Shown here: positions 26,976 to 37,761 of the stretch, piece after piece
Position numbering within the stretch: the stretch's first letter is position 1
How the letters are laid out: each line of letters begins with the position of its first letter
DNA from: Botryllus schlosseri
Lineage: Eukaryota
NCBI GenBank assembly: GCA_051294905.1
Contig: CM119372.1
Coordinates: forward strand, 26,662,001 to 26,726,000
Reading direction: 5' to 3'
Length of the DNA: 64,000 bases
Program-made: the position numbers and the translations under genes
The notes under the pieces: generated by a model
The model's input: only the letters and a program-made list of their open reading frames with translations
Database searches by the model: none
What the model was told of the DNA's origin: nothing

Positions 26976-29341
26976 CAGCACCGTAACTGCCGCACCCCAA
27001 ACCCCCCAATTGGGGGGGCCCGAGGTCAAAGAGGGCCCAAAATTATTTAGTGAATTAGCATAAATTATAGAGTATTTTTTTGAAAATTTAGGCAACTTTC
27101 TTAAAAAATTTTCGCGCTTCGCGCGATTTCAAGCTACCAAATATCTTGATTTTGGAGTACTCTTCCCCGAAACGCAAGATTTATACAAATGGGCATATCG
27201 GCGTTGGCCATTACCGCTCCACGATCATCAAGACACATAAAGTTTTAGGCCACCTAACATGCGACTCCAAGAAGTGTGCCAGAACGATCGGCAGCGAGAA
27301 AACCTTCGCCGACAAGGACTGACCTTATGCTGACCGAAAACTTGGTTATATATACAAAATAGTGTATTTTACAATCTGAACGACAAATACCATCCCAAAA
27401 GGAAAGATTATATGCCAGTGAAGAAATACCAATTTGAAATCGTGTGCGTCTTTTAGTTTGGTAGCCTACACTCAAACTGGAGGTCACGAAATAACATCTT
27501 GTTACGGAGTAGTACCAACGGGCCCTACAGTTTCCAAGACACCTCCCTCAGCTCTATCTGTAAATCTCATTACGTGCGCAGAGAGGACACGAAATTGATA
27601 ACAATATATATGCAATTCCCGATATTATTCACCGATTTTATCATGAATTATCGAAAATTTTCGCGCTTCGCCCTGGCTCACCAGACAGTAGGCCTACAAC
27701 TAACTTCATGGCAAAAGCTAACAAGGTGATAGGGGGTAGGTTTATCACCCTATGGGAGCCCAACACCCAAGTTGGTTTTGGGAGCACCTGAGGAAGTGCT
27801 GTTTCGTTCCTGGCAACGGGTATCGCCCGAAGATATTTAAATATTATTGAGGGGTCCTACCTTTTCAAACACATCTCCCTCAGCTCTATCAGTAAACCTG
27901 ATTACGTGAGCAGAGAGGATAAAAATTGATAGCAATATATACGCAATTTCCGATCATATTGACGGACTCAATCATGAATTATAGAAAATTTTCGCGCTTC
28001 GCGCGGTTTAGGTGAGGAAAGCTGACAATCTAAACCAGTGGTTCCCAACCTTTTTCGACTCATCGCCCCCTTTTGAAGCTCCACACCGATCATCGCCCCC
28101 CAAATATTGGGAACCGAAAAACAGCACTACGTGACGCCCCCCCCCCGAAAACGTTGTTCCTTGGCCCCATATGGTGATAAACCAATCCCCAGTCACCCTC
28201 AGCCAGCGGGCTTTTTGTCGCTACATATCAGCTATACCCTATTTCCTGTACTGTTTGGTGAGTCACCGTATTCCACCTAAACGCGCGAAGCGCGACAAAT
28301 TTATATAATTCATGTTTGAATCGGTCATTATGGTCGATGTGGTATGTTGGAAAAGGTAGAACCTCTAAATAATAATTAAACATCTTCGGGCGGAATCGTT
28401 GTTATATTGACTTCTTTACATGATGTTATTTCGTGACCTCCTATATCTGCTATGTCAGACGATATGGAAATTTGTCAAAACGTACCAAACTAAAAGACGC
28501 ACATGATTTCATATTGGTATTTCTTTACTGGCAAATAATTTTTGTCCTTGCGGGATGGCATTTGTCCTGTAGGGTTAAGGTCGCCAGGACAGGAACATTC
28601 GACGCCAGCCATTGAGGCGCCTATGGACAATTAAACATATATGTATATATATCAAAGTTTTCGGTCAGCGCGAGGGCATTTCTTTTCGGCCAATTTCTTC
28701 TCGCTGCTGATCGTTCTGGCACACTTCTCGGAGTCGCATGTTACATGGCCTATAACTTCATATGTCTTGGTGCTTCGTGGCGCAGTAATGGCCGACGCCG
28801 AGGTCTCTAATTTCCATAAATCATGCGTATTTTTGTTGGGTGACGGGGACCCCAACAACAAGATACATGAAAAGATTAGATTTTGGAAAAAGTCGCATGA
28901 ATTTCTAAAAAATGACTCAATCATTCATGTTAATTCACGAAATAATTTTGGGCTTCCTTCGATTTCGCCCCCCCCCCCACCCCCAATTGGGGGTTTAGGG
29001 TGCGGTAGTTACGGTCCCGACTCCAATATAGCCGTTTTAACGCGCCATCGCCCCCCTATCGCCCCCTTCGTTGTTTTCGCCCCCTATCGCCCCCTTCGTT
29101 GTTTTCGCCCCCTATCGCCCCCTTCGTCCGTTTTCGCCCCCTATCGCCCCCTTCGTTATTTTCGCCCCCCTAGACCGCCAAATCGCCCACGTTGGGAACC
29201 ACTGCTCTAAACGGAGGCCAATGTAGATGATAAGTATCGGCAAACAGCGAATAGCGAGAGGGGGGTTCGATTTATCATCATATGGGGGGCCCAAGACCAA
29301 CATTTTGGGGGGGTGCCTGACGAAGTGCTGTTACGGCCCTG
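26976..29341. mobile_element. hAT-type non-autonomous element (CAGGGCCGTAAC family)
   Basis: cagcaccgtaac...gttacggccctg; perfect TSD ACTACAGT; interrupts the subterminal tandem repeat. Confidence 0.85.
28036..29204. mobile_element. hAT/Charlie-type element nested in 26976-29341, with a ~28-bp C-rich minisatellite (29050-29170)
   Basis: TIR CAGTGGTTCCCAAC; TSD atctaaac/ctctaaac (7/8). Confidence 0.85.
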
Positions 29342-30499
29342 ACTACAGTCATGCCTCGGACATGATGTCCGAGTGTTAACGCAGTTCGAACACACCCCTG
29401 ACAAGCCCCTAGATATGATGTGTGAGTTGAAACGCTGTTCAAACACACCCAGACATCATATCTAGCGATAGGAAAATGCACAAGACACATAATACGATGC
29501 GATTACAATGTTGTTATTTTTCACTCTCATCTTTATGTTCATTACATTTCAATATGAACTCCCGCATTCTGTTTGAACAAAATAAATACGCGCGTTTTGG
29601 TTGAGCGGTTTAGCAAAAAGGCGTGAGAACAAGACGAGGAAGGATTTGGATTTGAAAAAATCGCAATTAATGATTTTTATCTGATTCGAGAACAATGGAT
29701 ATCGATTTTAGATTAGTTTTAAGATGAATTTATGTAGAATTGGACTTGAAATGTCTCATAACTTTACATTTCAATGTGTTATTTGGATCAAATGCCTACC
29801 TTTTTCTGATTTGGACTTGGATTAAAATCTCGGATTTGGAACAGGATTTGGATTTTACAATATTGTAGCTGCGCGAATGGCGAACCACCCAGTTTTGCGG
29901 CGGTGCACGGTTCTTCCGTTTTGGTAAATAACTGATCAATCTTTGTGATTTGATGTATTTCGGGTTATTGAAATAGTCTTAGTTGCTATGGCTAACGTTC
30001 AAGCACAGTTGAAGTTGAAGGTGACCTATGGTGACCGTTCAAAAGTGTTTAAAGTAAGCTCTGTATCAGAAGTGAAAACTGCTGTATTACACAAATTCCC
30101 TGAAGTTCCCGCTGGCTGACCATGCCAACATTGAGAACTATGACAAAGATTTTGGCTGGCCTGAATTTGATTGTGAAGTTGAACTACGCAGTGGCGATAT
30201 GTTGGAATTTAGTGAAAAGAAAAATTCAGGTAATTCAGTGTTATGGTTATACGCGCTAAGATTACCAATATTTTTGTCTTGCAGAGACTTTGAAAGTGAC
30301 AGATTTGCTTGGTGCTGGTGTTCGTAATTCAAAATATACCGGTAATGTGGATGTGTCATTGACTGAAGCGCAGACGAATAGTAAGTTTTTTTGCCACCGA
30401 CTGTTTGACGGGGTATAGCAGTGTTTCCAAATATTCTTACATAATGTGTACGTGACATTCACAAATTCAAATTACAAACAACGCCATAGCTGTCAGTGT

Positions 30500-30762
30500 G
30501 ATAACAAGTGAACTCGGCCCCGTGAACTCGGCACTTGGTGAACTCGGCCCTCGGTGAATTCGGCCCTCGGAAAATTTTGTAATAAATTGTATTAACAACT
30601 ATTAATATGAATTATTAAACTACTAATATTATTATTATTGAATGATTTGTCAATGTTGTACGTCAGGGCATGCGTAGATCACGCAGTCACGGCGTGATTA
30701 GATCTCAGATTGCATAAAGTTTGTGGGGCCTAATTCACCATGTGCCGATTTCACTGGCAACC
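30500..30762. mobile_element. Small MITE in an intron (gtgaactcggc subterminal repeats)
   Basis: Imperfect TIR; 8-bp direct repeat GTCAGTGT on both sides. Confidence 0.6.
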
Positions 30763-32409
30763 GTCAGTGTTCATATTCTTGATTATAGTATAAGTATAGC
30801 TTTCTAGTTCCGGCGTTTAAATGTAGGCGTGTGGCGCAACGTTATCTTACTGCCGAATACTTTGAGAAGAGAGAAGTCAATCAATATTTAGATTTTTCGG
30901 AATCAGTGTGAGTGCGACAGTTACATTCGATTATTATATAATATTTTGAATTTATCTACCCCGCCCACGCCCAGTAGCCTTGTTTGTAGCTAGCGCTTCC
31001 TTTGTGATCCGGAATTTTGTCTCATAAGTGACATTTTAATTGCAGGAGATACGTACAGTGGTCTGCGAAATTCAGAACGACGCGTTGGGAACCAGAATTT
31101 TGTCTCATAAGTGATATTTCAATTGCAGGAGATATGAGCGGTGGTCTGCAAAATTCAGAACAAAGCGTTGATGCTTCACCATTCATGAATGATCTGGAGC
31201 CCTCTACATCTATAACTGATACGCCATTGATGGATGCTGAAGAATGTACTAAAAAGCCTCAAAAATGGTCTGACGACAAGTATGAGGTGTGCCTTCCTGC
31301 TTATCTGCACAACGAGGTGGAAAAACTGCAGTCAAAAAGCGCCTTGAGGCCAAGATTACGAACAGCAATTGTGGACCATCTGTTCAACGATCTAACGAAA
31401 CACTTTGGGTGTGTATTGGCTGTTAAAGTGATCTAAAGTCTAGTGCAGCGTTTTTCAACGTATGGGATGGGTCACAAAGGGTATAATTTTGGGCCATGCA
31501 CACCATCAGGTCGGTTCTATTACTTCCTTATTCACAGCCCAACGCTTTGTGACAACCATAATCCTCCGTACTCACGGTATACTGAATGAAAATACTGGAG
31601 ATGACCTGATACCAATTTTGGTGCATTCAGCTTCTTGATTATGTAACGTTCGTCCACTTTTCATTCAGACTTAAGGTGCCACCGTATGCAAGAACACTGG
31701 TATGTACAGCTCTAGTGCAAGAATATAAAGTTCTGAGATCAAGCTTGGCAGATGAAGATCATTATCTTCCTGCATATGTGAGTTTTGAAGCTTGAAGTGT
31801 GGTAGTTCTGCACTCTTTAAAATCCGAAACATTTTAGCACCCTTGGAAAAAGAAACTCGATGAAGAATTTTTTAACGCACGTCGTAAAGTAAAAAATCCA
31901 GACGATCCGGTTCTCATCGCAAATAGAATAAAGTATGTAAGACCTGGTCCACGGAGACGGCTTCATACTGAAGAATCCGACGCGAGCAGCCCTCGATGCA
32001 AGAAACCCCGAAGTTCTGGTCTTCTTGCTAACGAAGTAGGAAATTACTATTTTCGTGGCTCGTCGGTCGGGAACCGCTGATTCATATCATTAATTCAAAA
32101 TTTCAGGTCGGAGAATCTTCAAACAATGAGGTAAGCTTGGCCGAACATAAGTCAATCATATTATCGGAATCAAGTTCATCTAACCCAGCCAAGGAACAAC
32201 TTATGAAAGCAATGAAAGCCACTTTCAAAAGGCGTCGGTTAGATACAGAAGACGGGAACATGCCAACTGCTGATATTCTTGTGGAGTATCCCCTTCTCAG
32301 AAATTCATATTGGGTAAGAAGCAATATCATTGGTTTGATTTCTGTTTAACGGTAACTGATAATGTTTCAGCTATTGGAGGAATTGAAGCTGATTAACAAT
32401 GGTCTAGAC

Positions 32410-33108
32410 CAGGGCCGGCCAACCCGTGGCCCGCGAAATGGTTTGGAGTGGCCCGCGAGGTAATTTTGGAAATTATTAATATTACAAAAAATGGATTGCC
32501 CAGATTGTGAAATTGCATGGCCAACCAAAAATTTGATTAGTCTGGCCGCAGCACTTGGGATGTGACGACTAAAATGCTGTGACGCATTGGCAGATCCATG
32601 TGCCAGTCAAATTTTGGTAGATCTTCGTACATTACAATAGAGCAGAATATTCCGAGGTAGATCTATCTAAAGTAAAAATTTTCTTCACGCTTCACGCAAT
32701 ATGTTGTCACTCGATTTCTTGCTTTTAATATTATTACCCCCTCCTGAAAATGAAAGAACGCTTAATGTACCAGATTAGGTCTAATTATGATTGCAAGTTC
32801 GAGGGAAAGTGTCGTCCAACATGCGACATTGCGTTTACGCTAGCAGAAAGGCCGTCGACGATGAAACATAGGCATAAATTTATTGACGCATGTTGGCCGA
32901 AGCTTTCGATATCGATATGGCCGGACGGCCGAATAGTCCAATTCTTGCAAACTGAGCCCAGCAATATACAGCAGACCCGCAATATAGCCTACTCAAGTAA
33001 CAATAATATTGACCTATAAACTTTGACAAATTTTCGCGCGGCTAGTGGCCCGTGCCATGTTTCGTCGATGAAATGTGGCCCTTGGGCCGAAAAGGTTGGC
33101 CACCCCTG
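32410..33108. mobile_element. hAT/Charlie-type MITE inserted in an exon of the SAMD3-like gene
   Basis: CAGGGCCGGCCAACC...GGTTGGCCACCCCTG; perfect TSD GTCTAGAC. Confidence 0.9.
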
Positions 33109-33444
33109 GTCTAGACTCTAGAGGACAAGATCAAAGAAAATAAATTCTCCAAGCATGCAAGAAGAATCAAGTGGGATCACTTGCCAGCCATCATTGTAGA
33201 TGTGATAGGTACAATGCTTTGAATATACAAATTATTGGACAACTCAAAATATGAATTTGTGTTTTTTTTCATATTCCACAGAACTTAATTGGATGCTCGG
33301 TATACCTTCAATGTTCAACGAATCCTATGACAAATTCTTGGTCATAAACAAGGTTTGTACCAAGTACATATCGACATTGTATTACTATAAAATTTTCTTT
33401 ACTGCGCTGATAATAGGCTCATAGCTAGATATGCCAGTATAAGT

Positions 33445-34240
33445 CGGTGGTGGCTACCCGTGGCTTGCGAGATGGTTGTGTATGGCCCTCGAGGTAAACA
33501 TCGGGTAAAATAGCAAGGCCTACCAAAATTTGATTAGTCTGACCCCGAAATTTCATGATGACTAAAAGATCAGTTCCGACGCATTGGCGTAATTAGGGGC
33601 CAGCCACATTTATCGCAGATTTTCGTAATTGACCATTAAGTAGAATATTTCGCAGCAGATTTATTCGACTTGATATCTTTCTTGGCACTTCGCATGGTTT
33701 ATTGTCACTCGATTTTTTGCATTTAGTATTGGAGCCCTCGTGAAAATTATAAATACGCGTCACTTACAGAATTGAGTCCAACTATATATTCGCAATTAGG
33801 AGATAACGTGGTGTCGTCCAACATGCGACTTCGCTTGTGTGCTCGCAGCGAGATCGTCGACGATGAAACTTTGCACAATAGGACGGAGGGATGTTCACCG
33901 AAACCTTCCATATTGCTATGTCTGAACGCCGAATAATCCTGTCCTTGCAAAATGAACCCAGTGGTATACAAAGGCAACCCTCAATAATTGCAAGTAACAT
34001 ATTTATTTATCGAATTCATTCATTGTTTTTGAAAAAATTTCGCACGTAGCGCGACCACGACATGAATGCACACAGAGTTCTCATGACATATTGTAAGTAA
34101 TGTAAGTCTTATTTTTAATGTTACCTAATTCAGTTGGCTCCTATCGGACGACTTAAGGAAGGTCATTAACATTCAAGTGGCCCACTCAATGGTTCCTAAA
34201 TCTCTTGTGTCCCTTTGGCTGAAAAGGTTGCCCACCCCTG
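33445..34240. mobile_element. hAT/Charlie-type MITE, relative of 32410-33108
   Basis: Perfect TSD GTATAAGT; right TIR GGTTGCCCACCCCTG; internal homology to the neighbouring MITE. Confidence 0.85.
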
Positions 34241-37200
34241 GTATAAGTACTGTCATAGTCATAATTTTGACCTAATACATCAGCTATTATTAGTCTGATA
34301 GTATTATTGGCTATATAAGTTCATACTATCTTTGCCTTTCAGTTTACAGTTGTGTGCCCTCTTTTTTCAGGATAATTCAGAATCATCGCACCCAGTCATA
34401 CATCCTGACACTCGAGAAACCAAGTGGACGGTGCACTTCGACGGGCTAGTGATAAATGACGTAGTAGATTTCACACATGCTTTAGCTTTCATTCTGTCAA
34501 TGCATTAGGTATTCAATATCCAGTTCGCGCGTGGTGTGGATAAGACTCTACATTTCTTGTCCATCTGCATTGCAAAAATCAAAGGGCTGCATATGCCGTC
34601 TGCGGTCGCTTCAATGTGTGAAACAAATTGATGTGCAGTTTTTAAATTCATTTGATCATTGATATACAATGGTAAGTTGAAATAGTTTTGCTTTTTTGGG
34701 AGTGCTGAAGTAGATTTTGCCTCAAGTGATTATATTTTCAGCATACTTCATTACTAGACAATTCTGACGTTGTAAAGTAGAAATAGCTATGGAATAGGTT
34801 TGTACTGGACCTAATAATACTTTAGAAACTACATGAGTGCTTGTCAAGCCATTCAAGCTACACTCATGTGGAGCATGCTTGGTCTGCTGCAGGCCAAGCC
34901 ATGCAAATATTTTTTGCACAATTTCTTTTTATACTGCTGCTGTTCATTTTCATACTGCTGTGCTTGAGCCTGCTGTATATTTCCTGCTGATCTGCTGCTG
35001 TTATTCGGCTGTGAATAAATGTACCTTTTTTCAATAGGTTTGTGAACAATCATGGCCGCCGAATGCATTGGGTCTTTCTGCCAGTACAGGTGCAAGATTT
35101 GGGTATAATGAGAGAGAGAAAGAGAGAGAGACTTACAAGATATAGCTTGTACTGAGTTCACTAGATTTAGCTTGTCAGCGTGTAACGAGTTACAAGAAAA
35201 ACCCTGTAAGCTTGTAATCGAGTCTATATACTCGATTACAAGCTTACAGGGTTTTTCTGGTATTTGTATTTTTTCCTGTAAATTTACAGGAATAATTTTT
35301 ACAGTGTAGGCCTACTTCCTGAATCACAGTCGGGTCACTGTGAGTTGTGACAACTGTAACCCTACGTGCTCACGCTCGCTGAGTGCCACCAGGGAATGAA
35401 CTGCATGATATTTGGCGCATTTACGTTGATTTACATAATAGAACACATGTATATTTCCATTCAGACGTTATCCGCCCTCATATCGAGAACACAAGCATGT
35501 TCAGCTCGGGTGCAGAAATATACTGTTCTGAAATTAGTGTTGACGGGAGAAAATGCGATATGCTCCCTAGGTAAGATTCAAGTTTTGAAGTAGGGAAGTA
35601 TTGCACTGTTTCAAAGCCTGTATATTTTAGGACTCTTGGAATATCACGCTCGGCACAACATTTGCAAGCCTACATCGTAAATTTGAAGAACCAGACGATC
35701 CAGTTTCCATTGTGAAGAAAAAAGTTTAAAAGCTATATGATGTACGAAGACAGCCTATACAGTATACAAGCAGCGGAATCGTCCACAGCCATTGCATGAA
35801 GTAGGAAACCGTATACTTCTGGACTTGTTGCTGACTAAGTAAGAAATAGCTATTTTTATGTCAGCCTAAAACAGTGTTTCCCAAACTTTTTGTACACACC
35901 GCGCCTCTTGAGCCGCAAACCAGGCATCGAACTCCCCATAACCTTCTTCCAACAAAAAGTTGTTTGATTCATAGCACAGTCGTTGTCACATTGCCGTGTC
36001 GCGTAGACTTTTTGCGTTGATCTAATTTATTTGCAGCTAGATATGTACGCTGCGTCTGCGTGGCATTTTTGTACGGATTCTAGGACAGACGCAATCAGTG
36101 AAAGCAATGGTCCAAGGACTCTTCGCGTCCTAATCATCGTACTTTGTTTCCGTTCGATATACGCTCACAACTTGTCCTTCGTGCATGCGTTTGAATGTGT
36201 GCTCCTAACCAGCGCTCAATAACTGTCACTGAATAATTAGTTTATTTGTTGTTTTGTTGTAAGAAAACGCAATGTTGCATATCAATAAACATTTGCCCGG
36301 GATGGTGGCGACGCTTTCCGATTGAATGCGCCTTTTAAGACCGCGGACGATGTGACCACATATTTATAAATCATACTTTGGTTCGCAGAGAATGAGCTAT
36401 TAATATGCGGATTTTCATAAACAGTGATCCATAGTTTATAGCGCACCCTTCTCTCAGCGGCCAAAATCATCATATTTAGAGCTAGCGCCCCCTTCAAAGT
36501 TGTAAAGGCCCCCAGGGAGCACTGGAGCCCAATTTGAAAACCACCTTTTAAAAGAACGTATTTATATGACCAATTTGAAATTTCGGATCGGGGAACCTAA
36601 GAAGAATGGAAAAAGCTTGACATGCTCTAGGAGCTATAACATTCCATTATCGGAATCACTTCATCTAACCCAGCCAAGGAAGAGCTGATGAAAATCACTT
36701 CGTAGAGGCAAACTGCTTGCATTGTTATGGAATATGCCAAGTGGATTTCACAAATATATTTACGTGCTGCTGTATAAATAAATGCGCGCTTTTGATTTGT
36801 GAACAATCATGCCAACCATTTGCATTAGGTCATTTGTACTGATGAGTAATGAGAATGAGAAAGAGAAAAAGAGAGAGTACAAGCTTGTGGTTGTAATGAG
36901 CTTACAGGCTTATGCTTGTAAGCTTGTAATGAGTTTGCAAGCTTATCGTTGTAAGGTTGTACTGGCAGTCACCGGGCTTTTTTGTGTAAATTTACAAAAA
37001 TAATTTTTACAGTGTATTTCGTATTTATACGAGCCGTGGCATATCACATTCCATACTTTTCGCCAAAAACAATCTGCTCCAGCAACTCCTTGTTATTAGA
37101 AAGTGCTTCGTGGATCTCCACGACAGATATGGTCTAGGTTTACCTTCAATCAGGGCCGAAACAGCACTTCGGGAAATTTATCAATGATCTATACCTTTAC

Positions 37201-37761
37201 TACTTTTCAACCCAAGTGTCGACTACACTGCACCTTTTATCACTACGCAATACATGCTGACTTCCCTACAGCTTATTCTGCTGTAATATAAAACAGCGGA
37301 AACCTGGTACAGCTGTTTACTGCTAAAATGACGTACGCTGCGATAACTTGTACATCCGAAACTGCTATATACAGCTCACTACCCTAGTTATCTCACCACT
37401 TAAAGTAGTCAAATCCTGTGGTGTGTACGCCACGGGAGTTTCTTTCATTTATGATGTCATAAAATCTCGAAGCAAAAGCGTAAATTTATAATAATATGCA
37501 ACAGAGATACCAGAGAAAAAAACGACCGAAGTACCGTAGTTGTTGAAAATAAGACAAAATAAGGACGCAAGTCAAAAACAAGGACATTTCTTTGAAATCC
37601 CTGTTTTATAAGAACCAAAAAATATCGTTGATCTGGTCTGCATCGGTAGCAGCATTTTTATGGTCGGCGGTCATCATCATCAGAGCATCCATTCCGTACC
37701 AATGATCTATAACTATAGGTGCTATAACTGCTTAATCGATGGCGATTTCGAGGGTTCCAAC

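Larger units (their letters stand above)
29988..34631 (+). pseudogene. Multi-exon SAMD3-like transposon accessory gene, inactivated
   Basis: GT-AG-bounded exons read MANVQAQLKLKVTYGDRSKVFKV..YDKDFGW, AIVDHLFNDL, ALVQEYKVL, PWKKKLDEEFFNARRK, MKATFKRRR..ILVEYPLL, AFILSMH*VFNIQF. These motifs resemble SAMD3-like proteins found in animal EnSpm-type elements. Frameshift near 30117, in-frame TAG near 34506, MITE inserted in an exon at 32410. Confidence 0.65.
26283..35306 (+). mobile_element. CACTG-terminated EnSpm/CACTA-like element, inner copy
   Basis: TIR CACTGT(T/A)AAAATTATT, TA on both sides, cttgta/tacaag subterminal motifs. Ends homologous to those of 4315-37014. Confidence 0.85.
4315..37014 (+). 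mobile_element. CACTG-terminated DNA transposon (EnSpm/CACTA-like, TA-flanked), outer copy
   Basis: Perfect 16-bp TIR CACTGTAAAAATTATT with TA on both sides. Subterminal regions and internal patches (about 8100-8150, 25870-25920, 36660-36700) are homologous to the inner copy 26283-35306. Confidence 0.75.
4232..37603. mobile_element. hAT element (CAGGGTTGCCA family) split in two by a 32.7-kb nested insertion
   Basis: 4232-4314 matches the start of the 9416 copy. 37015-37600 resumes that homology where it broke off (gtatttata.gagccgtg.catatcacattccatac; aagacaaaataaggacgcaagtc). Ends at ccctg 37603; degenerate TSD tatataag / tttataag (offset by 1 nt). Confidence 0.7.

Noticed and set aside
28641..29210. 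189-aa ORF, the longest in the window
   Set aside because: Lies wholly in a MITE and runs through a C-rich minisatellite; homologous copies are not open.
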